Positions 41,483-51,277 of a stretch of DNA of 64,000 nt are shown here, in pieces. The stretch is from Trueperaceae bacterium (GTDB lineage Bacteria; Deinococcota; Deinococci; Deinococcales; Trueperaceae), in NCBI GenBank assembly GCA_965214405.1, contig OZ243956.1:3520001-3584000 (forward strand). The letters are read 5' to 3'. The notes under the pieces were generated by a model. It was not told the origin of the DNA, searched no databases, and worked only from the letters and a program-made list of their open reading frames with translations. Position 1 is the first letter of the stretch; the number at the start of each line of letters is the position of its first letter. A program made the translations under genes and the position numbers.

Positions 41483-42676
41483 TTACTGAGCCTCCGCCAG
41501 CGTCACTGTGACCGTTTCCTCTCGCCCGTCCCTCAAAAGCGTAACCGTCACCTCGTCACCCACGCCGTAGGAGCCCTCGATAAGGTTCCTTAGCGCGTCG
41601 GCGTCCGCGACCGCCTGCCCGTTGACGGCGGTGACAACGTCGCCGCCCGCATAGAGGCGGCGGTTGCCTATCACGACCTCGCGCTGCGCGCCTCTAGCCA
41701 CGCGCGCCAGCGGGCTTCCACCGTAAAGGTCGACCAAGAGCACGCCCTGCTGGACGGGCAAATCGAGCGCGTCGGCCAGACCGGGCGTGACCGAGTAGGC
41801 GGCGCGGACGCCCAGCGAGGGGCGGCGGTAGCGACCGTATTGGATGAGGTCGGGCAGCACCCGGCGCACCGTGTCGACAGGCACCGCGAAGCCTACCCCG
41901 GCGCTCGTCCCGGTGGGGCTGAAAATGGCGGTGTTCACGCCGATCACGCGCCCGGCGGAATCCAGGAGCGGCCCGCCTGAGTTGCCCCGGTTGATGGCGG
42001 CGTCCGTCTGGATAAGGCCCTCCATCTCGCGCCCGCCAGGGCTCTGGAGGGTGCGGTTCAAGGCGCTCACCACGCCCGTCGTGAGCGTGCGGCCAAACTG
42101 CCCGAAGGGGTTGCCGATGGCAATCGCGCGCTGGCCCACCTCGAGCCCCGCCGACGCCCCCAACGCCACGGGCACGAGAAAACCGGGCGGCGCGTCCACC
42201 TCCAACAGCGCGAGGTCGTTCGCCGGGTCGCGGCCCACCACGCGCGCTGGTAAGACCGTTTCATCGGAAAAAGTCACCTCGACCCCCTCCGCGCCCTCGA
42301 CCACGTGATTGTTGGTCAAAATATAGCCCTCGTCACTCACCACAAAACCCGAGCCCGCCCCCTCCTGCGGGATGACCTCAAAAAAGCCCGTCCGCTGGAG
42401 CACGCGCGTGGTGATGTTAACCACCGACGGCGACACCTCGTTATACACGTCGATCACGCGTCTCTCGGCAAAGTCGAGCCCCGCCGCGTCGATGAGGGCG
42501 GTGTTTGCGGCTAGAGAGGCGGGTGCGCCCGTCGTGGGGTCTGTAATCGTAGGGGCAGGTGCGGCGGGCGCGGGCGTTTGCACGGGTGTGGGCGTTGCAG
42601 GCGCAGGCTCTCTAAAACGGCAACCGCCGAGAAGAAGGGTAACGAGAAGTAAAAGGGTGATTCGTAACTTAGGCAT
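41483..42676 (-). CDS. HtrA/DegP-like serine protease lipoprotein with PDZ domain
   Basis: Lipobox LGGC, GSGF, TNNHVV, DLALL, IQTDAAINRGNSGGPL; start MPKLR at 42676. Confidence 0.92.
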   Translation of the reverse strand: MPKLRITLLLLVTLLLGGCRFREPAPATPTPVQTPAPAAPAPTITDPTTGAPASLAANTALIDAAGLDFAERRVIDVYNEVSPSVVNITTRVLQRTGFFEVIPQEGAGSGFVVSDEGYILTNNHVVEGAEGVEVTFSDETVLPARVVGRDPANDLALLEVDAPPGFLVPVALGASAGLEVGQRAIAIGNPFGQFGRTLTTGVVSALNRTLQSPGGREMEGLIQTDAAINRGNSGGPLLDSAGRVIGVNTAIFSPTGTSAGVGFAVPVDTVRRVLPDLIQYGRYRRPSLGVRAAYSVTPGLADALDLPVQQGVLLVDLYGGSPLARVARGAQREVVIGNRRLYAGGDVVTAVNGQAVADADALRNLIEGSYGVGDEVTVTLLRDGREETVTVTLAEAQ

Positions 42677-42799
42677 GGCATAAACCTTTGCAAAATTGGC
42701 TTGAGAAATGTCGTAGATAAGGTAGATGTAGTAAACGAAGACAGCCTCGAGCCTCAGCATCATACCCGCTCGTTTAGCCGCCCCCTGTCCACCACTAAC

Positions 42800-43492
42800 C
42801 TACCGCTGGTGCTCCTGATACCAGTTACATATATCCGTCAGCGGGCATTTTTCACACTTGGGGTTGTTCCACGTGCAAATCTTTTGGCCGTGCAAGAGCA
42901 GGTCAATGTGGAAGTTGTAGAGAACCTGGGGGTCTGGGGGCAGGAGCGCGAGAAGCTCTTTGTGCGCCTTTTCGGGCGTGACCTTGGGGCCAATCAGCCC
43001 CACGCGCCCGCTCACCCGGTGGACGTGCGTGTCGACGGGCAAGATGGGTTTGCTAAAACAAAAGAGCAGGACCAGCGAGGCCGTCTTGACGCCCACGCCG
43101 GGGAGGGCGGTGAGCCACTCGAGCCCCTCCTCAACCGGCAGCTCGCGTAAAAAGTCGATGTTGGCCTCGCCTCGAGCCTCGAAAATCCTGGCAAGCGTCT
43201 TTTTGATGTTGGGCGCTTTGGCCCCCGGATAGTTCGACGGGGCGATTGCCTCGGCCAGTGCGTCAACGGGTGCGTCCCTGACGGCCTCCCACGAGCCGAA
43301 GCGCTCCCACATGCGCGCGTAGGCCAAATCTTCGTTCTTTTGTGTGGTGCGGTGCGAGAGCATGGTCGAGACGAGTTCGTGCATGGGCGCGCGGCGCGGC
43401 GTGAGCGGCCAGTGGCCGTGGCGCGCCAAAAGCCGCTCGTAGACCGTCCACGTTTTTTCCCTTAGGGGGTCTTTTAACGTCGCGTCAGTCAT
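42800..43492 (-). CDS. nth: Endonuclease III-family DNA glycosylase
   Basis: LPGVGVKTA HhH, PVDTHVHRV, C-x6-C-x2-C-x5-C 4Fe-4S motif. Confidence 0.85.
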   Translation of the reverse strand: MTDATLKDPLREKTWTVYERLLARHGHWPLTPRRAPMHELVSTMLSHRTTQKNEDLAYARMWERFGSWEAVRDAPVDALAEAIAPSNYPGAKAPNIKKTLARIFEARGEANIDFLRELPVEEGLEWLTALPGVGVKTASLVLLFCFSKPILPVDTHVHRVSGRVGLIGPKVTPEKAHKELLALLPPDPQVLYNFHIDLLLHGQKICTWNNPKCEKCPLTDICNWYQEHQR

Positions 43493-43625
43493 AAAACCAC
43501 CCTACCGATTTTTGCGCGCCGGAAAGCGCGTGAGCACACCTTACACACCTCAAGAATGGGTAACGTAGGGGTGCTTGCTAATTTCAAGGTAAAAGGCACC
43601 GTACACTGTTGTAAAAGGGAGCGTT

Positions 43626-44744
43626 ATGTCAACATTTATCCATCATATTGAAACCGCGGTGCCCGACACGCGTTATGACCAGTCTTTTATCCGCGACGAG
43701 ATGAAGAGGCTGCTGGACGCCGACCGCAAAACGGCGCGCTTGCTGCACTACGTGTACGGTCAGTCAGGGATCGACAAGCGGCACAGCGCGATCCGCGACT
43801 TTACGCCCGGCGTGCCCGAGGGCGCGTTTTACGATCCCGTGCAAGACCGCCTCAAGTCGCCCAGCACGGGCGTCCGGAACGCGCTTTATACAGACGCTGC
43901 CAAGGAGCTTTACGCCTGCGTGGCGCAACAGGCGGTGGCGCGATGTCTGGATGTCGAGGTGTCACAGATTACCCACGTCATCACGGTGTCTTGTACGGGA
44001 TTTTTTGCGCCCGGCCCCGACTATCACATCGTGAGGTCGCTCGGATTGTCCCCCGCCACCAAGCGCTTTCACTTGGGGTTTATGGGCTGCTACGCGGCGT
44101 TTCCCGCGCTCAAGATGGCCCAAGCCTTTTGCGAGGCTGACCCCGACGCGGTGGTGTTGGTGGTCTGTTTGGAGCTTTGCACCTTGCACCTAAAATTCCA
44201 GTCCGACCCCGACTCGCTCATCTCGGCGTCCGTTTTCGCCGACGGCGCGGCGGCGGCGGTGGTGAGCGCGCGGCCTCCTCAGGAGGGCAGGAGCGCGCTC
44301 GAGATGACCGCCTTTGCCACCACGCTCACCCCCACGGGTGAGGAGGACATGGCCTGGACGGTCGGCGACGCGGGCTTTGACATGGTGCTCTCAACGTACG
44401 TACCGAGCATCATTGAGGCAAACCTACAAGAGGCGCTGGCCCCGCTTTTCACTCAAGCAAACCTCACGCAGGACGACATCGACCACTGGGCCGTTCACCC
44501 CGGTGGCCGCGCGATTCTGGACAAGGTGGAGGCGAGTTTAGGGCTGCCATCTGAAAAGCTCTGCCCCTCGCGCGAGGTGCTGCGCGACTACGGCAACATG
44601 AGCAGCGCGACGGTTCTTTTCATTCTGCAAAAGCTGCTCGCCGCGCCTGCCATGCGAAAAACAGTGGACGGTGAGAAGGTTTACGCGATGGCCTTTGGCC
44701 CCGGCCTCACCGTCGAGAGCGGGCTGTTCACGAGGCGCGCGTAA
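43626..44744 (+). CDS. Type III polyketide synthase
   Basis: Catalytic triad motifs FMGCYAA, VHPGG, YGNMSS; AFGPGLTVE. Confidence 0.93.
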   Translation: MSTFIHHIETAVPDTRYDQSFIRDEMKRLLDADRKTARLLHYVYGQSGIDKRHSAIRDFTPGVPEGAFYDPVQDRLKSPSTGVRNALYTDAAKELYACVAQQAVARCLDVEVSQITHVITVSCTGFFAPGPDYHIVRSLGLSPATKRFHLGFMGCYAAFPALKMAQAFCEADPDAVVLVVCLELCTLHLKFQSDPDSLISASVFADGAAAAVVSARPPQEGRSALEMTAFATTLTPTGEEDMAWTVGDAGFDMVLSTYVPSIIEANLQEALAPLFTQANLTQDDIDHWAVHPGGRAILDKVEASLGLPSEKLCPSREVLRDYGNMSSATVLFILQKLLAAPAMRKTVDGEKVYAMAFGPGLTVESGLFTRRA

Positions 44745-44747
44745 AGG

Positions 44748-45434
44748 GTGCCCGTTTTTTTGAAAGCTCGAGCGGCGGAACACGAAGAGCGTATGGACGA
44801 CCTGGGATGCGACGCGCAAAAGCTGCACAACACCTACGCGCAGTTTGGGCGCGTCAACCGCGCCGTGTCGGGCTGGCGGCGCGTTTACGCACGTTACTTA
44901 AAGCCCGCTATGGCGGGGCGCGCGTGTACGCTCCTCGACGTCGGCTTTGGCGGCGGCGACATCCCCGCGCGGCTGGCGCGCTGGGCCAAACGCGACGGGC
45001 TCAGCCTCAAGATTACCGCCGTCGACCCCGACCCCAGGGCGCTCGCTTTTGTGCAGGCGCAGCCCTTACCCGAAACCATCACCTTTCGCGCCACCACGAC
45101 GACGCAACTTGTGGAGCAAAGGGAGTGTTTTGACATTGTCGTGTCCAATCACCTGCTTCATCACCTCGAGCCCGCTCAGCTTCAAAAAGTCTGCGAGGAG
45201 ACGCGCGCGCTGTCGCGCCGCCTGGTGCTGCACAACGACCTCGCTCGCGCCGACCTCGCCTACGGCGCGTTCGCGCTCACCAAGCCCATCTTCCAGGACT
45301 CATTTATTGGCGAGGACGGTCTCACCTCGATCCGGCGCGCCTACACCCCCGCCGAACTGCGCCGCCTCGCGCCGCCCGGCTGGCGGGTCGAGGGGCTGTT
45401 TCCTTACCGCAACCTGCTCATTTACGAACCGTGA
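44748..45434 (+). CDS. SAM-dependent methyltransferase-domain protein
   Basis: ERMDD, LLDVGFGGGD, SNHLLHH, DGLTSIRRAY. Confidence 0.88.
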   Translation: MPVFLKARAAEHEERMDDLGCDAQKLHNTYAQFGRVNRAVSGWRRVYARYLKPAMAGRACTLLDVGFGGGDIPARLARWAKRDGLSLKITAVDPDPRALAFVQAQPLPETITFRATTTTQLVEQRECFDIVVSNHLLHHLEPAQLQKVCEETRALSRRLVLHNDLARADLAYGAFALTKPIFQDSFIGEDGLTSIRRAYTPAELRRLAPPGWRVEGLFPYRNLLIYEP

Positions 45435-45459
45435 CCAAGACCATAACCAAGGCCCGCCC

Positions 45460-46608
45460 ATGAGCGAAACCTGCGACGTGCTCGTGGTAGGCGGGGGGCC
45501 GACGGGGCTCTTTTTGGGCCTCCGCCTGGCGCAGCTCGGTTTGGACGTGCGGGTGCTCGAGCGCTCCTGTACGCGCCCGCCGCACTCGCGCTCGATTGGC
45601 ATTCATCCGCCTTCGCTGGAACGCCTTAACGCGCTCGGCCTCATCGACGCCTTTTTGGCGCGCGGCGTGACCGTACGGCGCGGTCACGCGTTTGCCAACA
45701 AGGAGTTTTTGGGGACGCTCGAGTTTGCCTCCCTCCCCGGCCCCTATCCCTTCGTCCTGACGCTGCCGCAGAGCGAGACGGAGAGCGTACTGAGCGCGGA
45801 ACTCTGCCGCGCGTATCCCGCCGTGCTCTCCCGCGGCGCGGAGGTCGTGCGCGTCACGCCCGGCGAACGCGAGGTGCGGGTGCAGGTCCGCCTCGAGGAG
45901 GAGGTGCAGGAGGTGCGCGCGGCTTTCGTCGTCGGCTGCGACGGCAAGAAGAGCGCGGTGCGTGGGCTTCTCGGCGTCCCCTTTGTGGGCGGCGCTTACA
46001 CCGACACCTACCTCATGGGCGATTTTGAGGACAGTACATCCTTCGGCGCGGACGCCGCCATCTACCTTACCGACGAAGGCATCATCGAATCCTTCCCGCT
46101 GCCCGGCGGGGTGCGGCGCTGGGTGGTGAAAACGGAAGATTACGCGCGGGAGGCGACGGCGGCGGACATGAGCGCGCGCGTCAGGGCGCGTCTGGGGCAC
46201 CCCCTCCCGGTCGAGACCAACACCATGCTGAGCGCCTTTGGCGTGCAGCACTTTCTGGCGCGCCGCTTTACCGAAGGGCGCGTCGCGCTGGCGGGAGACG
46301 CCGCGCACGTGCTCTCGCCCATCGGCGGGCAGGGGATGAATTTAGGCTGGCTCGACGCCTGGACGCTGAGTGAAACTTTCGCGCTCGTGTTCAGTGAGGG
46401 CAAACGCTTTGAGCCGCTCTTCGCGCTCTACAACCAGCGCCGCCTAAAAGCCGCGCGCGCCGCCATCCGCCGCGCCGAGTTCAATATGATGATGGGGCGC
46501 AAAACCGCGCTGTCAAGACTTCGCAACAGCGCGGTGAAGGTGGCGCTAAGGCGTCCGCTCGAGCCCCTCTTAGCCCGCCTTTTTACCATGCAAGGCTTGG
46601 AACGCTGA
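45460..46608 (+). CDS. FAD-dependent monooxygenase
   Basis: VGGGPTGL, VGCDG..S.VR, LAGDAAH..SPIGGQGMNLG; start MSETCD at 45460. Confidence 0.9.
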   Translation: MSETCDVLVVGGGPTGLFLGLRLAQLGLDVRVLERSCTRPPHSRSIGIHPPSLERLNALGLIDAFLARGVTVRRGHAFANKEFLGTLEFASLPGPYPFVLTLPQSETESVLSAELCRAYPAVLSRGAEVVRVTPGEREVRVQVRLEEEVQEVRAAFVVGCDGKKSAVRGLLGVPFVGGAYTDTYLMGDFEDSTSFGADAAIYLTDEGIIESFPLPGGVRRWVVKTEDYAREATAADMSARVRARLGHPLPVETNTMLSAFGVQHFLARRFTEGRVALAGDAAHVLSPIGGQGMNLGWLDAWTLSETFALVFSEGKRFEPLFALYNQRRLKAARAAIRRAEFNMMMGRKTALSRLRNSAVKVALRRPLEPLLARLFTMQGLER

Positions 46609-46616
46609 CTATAACG

Positions 46617-47372
46617 TTACGGCAACCTCCGCTTCAAAAACCGCACCATCTCCCCAAACGCGTCCGTGGCGACCTCACTTTCGCTAAGTTGACCGTCCTC
46701 GAGCATAAACCCGTGCGGCTCGCCCTGGTAGACGCTCAGTTCGAAATACTTGCCCGCCGCGTCGAGTTCGGTGGCGTAGCGGTAGATGTCGGCGACGGGG
46801 CTGGGCCGGTCCGCCGTGCCGTGGATGATGAGCATGGGGGCGCTCAGTTCAGCTATCACGCTCGAGGACTCCGTCTCGCCCGCGTAAGGAAAGCCGTACC
46901 AGGCGACGCCCGCGCCAAACATCTCCATCTGCGGCAAAAAGAGCATCGTGTAGCGGCCCCCGGCGCAGAAGCCGGTGAGGCCTAAACTTTCGCCGTCTAC
47001 GTCGTCTCGCGCCCTCAACAAGGCCACGCTGTCCCCTAAAAGCTGCCCTACCGTCTCGTCACTCGGCTCGCGCGTGAATGTTTGCCAGCCGGGTGTGAGC
47101 ACCACAAAACCCTGCGCGGCCAAGCGGTCGGTCATGGTGCGGTAGCCCTCCTCGAGCCCGTTAAAAGAGTGGATAAGCACGATGGCCGGATACGTCCCCG
47201 CCTCTGTGGGCGCGGCCAAGTACGACGCGTACGCCTGACCGCCGCTCGTCACCTCGACGTCTCCGCCGGACACGTCTACGGAAGACATGGCTCCCCCAGA
47301 GTCGCCCCCGGTTTGCGCGAAGGTTAGACCCCAAAAACACACCATGACGAGCAGAAGGATTTGCCTTTTCAT
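46617..47372 (-). CDS. Dienelactone hydrolase family protein, secreted
   Basis: GFCAGG nucleophile, IIHGTAD, EPHGF; signal peptide. Confidence 0.88.
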   Translation of the reverse strand: MKRQILLLVMVCFWGLTFAQTGGDSGGAMSSVDVSGGDVEVTSGGQAYASYLAAPTEAGTYPAIVLIHSFNGLEEGYRTMTDRLAAQGFVVLTPGWQTFTREPSDETVGQLLGDSVALLRARDDVDGESLGLTGFCAGGRYTMLFLPQMEMFGAGVAWYGFPYAGETESSSVIAELSAPMLIIHGTADRPSPVADIYRYATELDAAGKYFELSVYQGEPHGFMLEDGQLSESEVATDAFGEMVRFLKRRLP

Positions 47373-47417
47373 CCTCTCCGTCCTCTCTCAAAGCTCGAGC
47401 CCATTTCCTATACGTTT

Positions 47418-47849
47418 TTACGCTGAAGGCGCCGCGGTCTTGACGTTGACGCTCAGCGCCACCGCACTTTTGAGCGTGTTCGCCACGATGCACGAGCGTT
47501 CAGCGATGGTCACGAGCTTGTGCAACGTCGCTTCGTCGGTGGAGTCGGCAGAAACGTCCATTTGAATGGCGGTGAAGCGTGAAGGATTGCCGTCTAAGGT
47601 GCCCGAAACCTCAAGCCTCACATTCTCGACCTTTGATTTCTCGTCCGTTTCGCGCGCTTTAACGGCGGCCAAAAGCGTGCTCATAAAGCAGCCGCCTAAA
47701 GACGCCAATAAAAGTTCGCCGCCCATCGCGCCTTTGTCCTCGCCGCCCTTGGCCTCGGGCCGGTCGATGAGGACCCTGTGCTGCCTAATGGACGCCTCCG
47801 AGGTGGTGGGGCTCGTCTGGTTGACGTGTACAGAGATTGTGTTCGCCAT
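47418..47849 (-). CDS. OsmC-family protein
   Basis: GGEDKG..GGELLLASLGGC, ERSCIVANTL; start MANTIS with AGGAAGG RBS. Confidence 0.88.
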   Translation of the reverse strand: MANTISVHVNQTSPTTSEASIRQHRVLIDRPEAKGGEDKGAMGGELLLASLGGCFMSTLLAAVKARETDEKSKVENVRLEVSGTLDGNPSRFTAIQMDVSADSTDEATLHKLVTIAERSCIVANTLKSAVALSVNVKTAAPSA

Positions 47850-48061
47850 GACGCCTTCCTTTCTGTCTTCTTTCGAGTATACGTGAAGCGCCCACAACGT
47901 TTTGTATGGAGTCCCTAAGCCCCGCTACTCACGCGTCGTGCATACTTTGCTGCTCACCCGTCTCATCCTCTATACTAGGCGAAACACGGATACCGCAAAT
48001 ATTAGGGCGGTTTGCGTGGATGGTAAGCTGGGTTTTAGAACACAGCTTGAAAGGGGAGAGG

Positions 48062-49078
48062 ATGAAGCAGCGCATCAATCCGCTCAGTCGGCGTCCGCAG
48101 AATAGGCGCCTGGTCGTGGCCGTGAGGGGCGCGGCGGGCACGGGTAAGAGTCACTTCGCCGCCTCTCTGGCGGACGCCGGAGTGGGACGTTTATGCTTTT
48201 TTGACGTTGAACGTAAAGCGCGCCTCCTGCCCGAGGTGGCGGGGCCGAACCCAAAGTTCGACGCCATCGAAATTCACCACCCCGACGAACTGCCTGAATT
48301 TACCGACTGGGCTTTAGAGGGCGAGGGCCGCGAGCAGGGTTACGGCTGCTACGCCTTGGATTCTTGGACGATGTATTTTGGCCGCAAGTACCGCGGCACC
48401 TTAGAGGCGGTGCGAGAGCGCACGGGCGACCCCACCGCGCAGCCCACCGCCGACCAACTCCAGGCCGACCAGCTCATCTACCAGGAGGTGCTGCGCCGCC
48501 TCTGCATCGACTCGGGCGCGTGCGTGGTCATTACCGACCAGATTGCCGCCAAGGGCAAAGAGGACCGCGAAGAGAACGAGATGGGCCGCGTGCTGCCCAT
48601 GACCTTGGGCGGGCTCGAATACTTTGTCGACGTGATGGTCGAACTAGGCTTGCGCGTCGAGGGCTTCGAAACGGTGCGCGTCGCGCGCGTGATCAAGACC
48701 AACAGCCCCTACTTCCCGATGGGCTTAGAACTCGTCAACCCCACCTTCGCCGACTTTTTGGCGCGCATGGACGAGGCTCCCGCACTTCGGGCAAACGTGC
48801 TCGAGGACGAAGTGCCTGAGTTCCTGAGGCTTCCAGAGGAAGAAACTACCCCCACTGGCCCCTCTTTGAACGACCTCGTCGCGCAGGCGCAGGGCTACGG
48901 CATCGACCGCGCCAAACTCCTCACGGCGGCCTCGCACTACCACGGGGTGAGCGCGCTCGAGGCCCTCACACCCGCGCAAATTGACAACCTGCTGGGGCGG
49001 CTTAACGAGAAATACGCTCCCACTGAAGCGCCTAAAGAATCTAAACCCGCCAAGAGGGAGAAAGTTGCGAATTCTTAA
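48062..49078 (+). CDS. RecA-fold P-loop ATPase, AAA_24/Sak4-like
   Basis: Walker A GAAGTGKS, FFDVER, Walker B-like YALDSWT, YFVDVMVEL..RVIKT, acidic linker and helical C-terminal domain; ATG 48062 with RBS. Confidence 0.7.
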   Translation: MKQRINPLSRRPQNRRLVVAVRGAAGTGKSHFAASLADAGVGRLCFFDVERKARLLPEVAGPNPKFDAIEIHHPDELPEFTDWALEGEGREQGYGCYALDSWTMYFGRKYRGTLEAVRERTGDPTAQPTADQLQADQLIYQEVLRRLCIDSGACVVITDQIAAKGKEDREENEMGRVLPMTLGGLEYFVDVMVELGLRVEGFETVRVARVIKTNSPYFPMGLELVNPTFADFLARMDEAPALRANVLEDEVPEFLRLPEEETTPTGPSLNDLVAQAQGYGIDRAKLLTAASHYHGVSALEALTPAQIDNLLGRLNEKYAPTEAPKESKPAKREKVANS

Positions 49079-49113
49079 GATTTTGGCTAGAGTGGACGCC
49101 TGAAAGGAACCTT

Positions 49114-49338
49114 TTGTCAAACATCGTCGAAAACGGCAGAGAGCGTTATCTCGAGGCCAACCGGGAAGGGCTCGAGCTTCAGAGAGAGGAACTCGAGGCG
49201 GTGGTGCTTGAGCGTTACAAAGAAGAATTTACAAACGCAGGCTTCTGGCGGCGTCTCGTGCTCTGCATTAAGATGAAACGAGACGTGCGGTTGGGGCGTG
49301 TACCGAGTGACGAAAGTCTCTACTTGTCCAGCCCGTAA
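49114..49338 (+). CDS. Small hypothetical protein
   Basis: 74-aa ORF, AAGGA upstream of TTG, protein-like composition. Confidence 0.5.
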   Translation: MSNIVENGRERYLEANREGLELQREELEAVVLERYKEEFTNAGFWRRLVLCIKMKRDVRLGRVPSDESLYLSSP

Positions 49339-49419
49339 GAGTATCAAAGAAAAAGCTCCTGCAAAAAGCAGAAGCTTTAGCCTATCGGTAACATCTTCAC
49401 TCAGATGTTATCCCTTGCG

Positions 49420-49496
<77 letters not shown>

Positions 49497-49590
49497 ACAC
49501 AGATGTGTAGTCTACTAAGATGCCGGGGGCGCGTCAAGCGAGGCGGACACGCTTTGGTTCCTCTAGGTATCGGACAATCAGATATTTACC

Positions 49591-50076
49591 TCAAGCTTCC
49601 TTGTTAAAGTCACTACGCTCGAGCGCCTCTTTCACCACGTCCCCAGTAAAGCCGCGCCGCGCCAAAAAAGCGTAGGCCTTGGCGCGGCGTTTTTCCGGTG
49701 GGGCTTTTTGAAAGCGCCAGGTTTGTTTTTCCAACACGCCTAACGCCGCCTGCACCTGCGTTTCGGTATTGAGGGGCTCGAGCGTCTCCTCGACCAAAGT
49801 TTCAGCAATTCCCTTTTGAAAAAGCTCTTGCTTAAGAGCCAAGCGGCCTTTTCTGCTCTTCCGTGAGTTCACGTACGCCTCAGCGAAGCCCGCGTCGTCT
49901 AAGAATTTGAGCTCCTTGAGCCGCGCCATCACCCGCTCTATGGTTTCAACCGTCGCCTCCTTGCGGCGTAACTTCTCGCGGAGTTGCGCCTCGGTGTACA
50001 TCTTGCGGCCCAGGAGCCAGAGCACGTAGTTCCAGGAGCGTGAGTAGTCGTAGACCTTGGGGGTTTTGTCCTTCAC
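49591..50076 (-). CDS. recX: Regulatory protein RecX
   Basis: TEAQLREKL, FLDDAGFAEAYV, LKQELFQKGI, AFLARRGF. Confidence 0.9.
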   Translation of the reverse strand: MKDKTPKVYDYSRSWNYVLWLLGRKMYTEAQLREKLRRKEATVETIERVMARLKELKFLDDAGFAEAYVNSRKSRKGRLALKQELFQKGIAETLVEETLEPLNTETQVQAALGVLEKQTWRFQKAPPEKRRAKAYAFLARRGFTGDVVKEALERSDFNKEA

Positions 50077-51170
50077 TAGGGCGTCAGCGTCACCTTGACA
50101 GAGGTTAGACCCGACGCGACCATGTCGAGGCCCTTTTGAAACTCTTCCAACGGCAGCTTATGCGTCACGATTTCCTCGATGGGCAAGAGGTTTTGCTCGA
50201 GCATCCGTATCGCCACCGGATAGCAAAACGGCCCCAGGTGCGACCCGTGGATGTTGAGCTCCTTGGTGTCGCCGATGATGGTCCAGTCCACGGTGACAGG
50301 CTCACGGAACACGCTGAATTCAACAAAGGTGCCCAGCTTACGAATCATTTGCAGACCTTGCGACACTGCCGAGGGATGCCCGGTGGCTTCGATATACACA
50401 TCGCAGCCGTAGCCGTCGGTCAGGTTACGCACCTCCTCGACCACATCTATTTTTGACGGGTTAAGACCCATGTCAGCCCCGCAACGCTTGGCGAGCTCGA
50501 GCCGCTCATCGTTCAAATCCAAGGCGATGATGCGTTCGGCCCCCTTCATTTTGGCCGCCGCGAACATGCCCAAGCCCAGCGGCCCCGCCCCGGCAATCAC
50601 CACCGTGTCCTGAAATTGAATGTCGCCGCGCTCGACCGCGTGGATGGAGCAGGCCAGGGGCTCGATAAAGACCGCGTGGTGCCAGGGGATGCTCTCGGGC
50701 ACTTTGTAGTTGAGCGCGTTGGCCGGGAACACCATGTACTCGGCCCAGGAGCCAAAGGCGTGCTGCCGGAAGCCGTAGATGTCGTGAACCTGACACATCC
50801 AATACTGCCCGCGCTGGCAGTAGCGGCACTCCCAGCAGGGCGTGATCTGTTCGCTGATGGCGTGGTCGCCAATCTCTAGCCCATACTTTTCGCCCGCCCC
50901 CTCACCAAGCGCGACCACCTCGCCGACGAACTCGTGGCCGGGCGTGACCGGGGCCTGGCAGTAGCCCGCGCGGTTCTCGTCGCCCCAGAAAAGCGCCGCG
51001 CCCGAGTAGCACTTGATGTCCGAGGCGCAGATGCCCGTAGATTTGACTCGGATGACGACTTCAAAGGGTCCGGGCCGGGGGACGGGGCGCTCCTCGAGCC
51101 GGTAGTCCTCCGGTCCGTAGCAAATAACTGACGACATGGTTTTGGGTAGAGATTCGCTGACGGGTGCCAT
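50076..51170 (-). CDS. Zn-dependent polyol dehydrogenase (erythritol/L-threitol dehydrogenase-like)
   Basis: GICASD, PGHEFVG, CWECRYC..GQYWMC, GAGPLG. Confidence 0.85.
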   Translation of the reverse strand: MAPVSESLPKTMSSVICYGPEDYRLEERPVPRPGPFEVVIRVKSTGICASDIKCYSGAALFWGDENRAGYCQAPVTPGHEFVGEVVALGEGAGEKYGLEIGDHAISEQITPCWECRYCQRGQYWMCQVHDIYGFRQHAFGSWAEYMVFPANALNYKVPESIPWHHAVFIEPLACSIHAVERGDIQFQDTVVIAGAGPLGLGMFAAAKMKGAERIIALDLNDERLELAKRCGADMGLNPSKIDVVEEVRNLTDGYGCDVYIEATGHPSAVSQGLQMIRKLGTFVEFSVFREPVTVDWTIIGDTKELNIHGSHLGPFCYPVAIRMLEQNLLPIEEIVTHKLPLEEFQKGLDMVASGLTSVKVTLTP

Positions 51171-51277
51171 GTTGACTCCTTTTAATAGCTAGACTTTTAT
51201 GTCGTTACCGAGCTTGAAGATGTCGCTGTTGTGCCAGTTGAAGGCTCGAGACTCATCATAAAGCTCCTAATTGAACT

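Noticed and set aside
44947..45459. Apparent 171-aa N-terminal extension of the monooxygenase
   Set aside because: Overlaps the methyltransferase in another frame; the FAD motif begins right after ATG 45460
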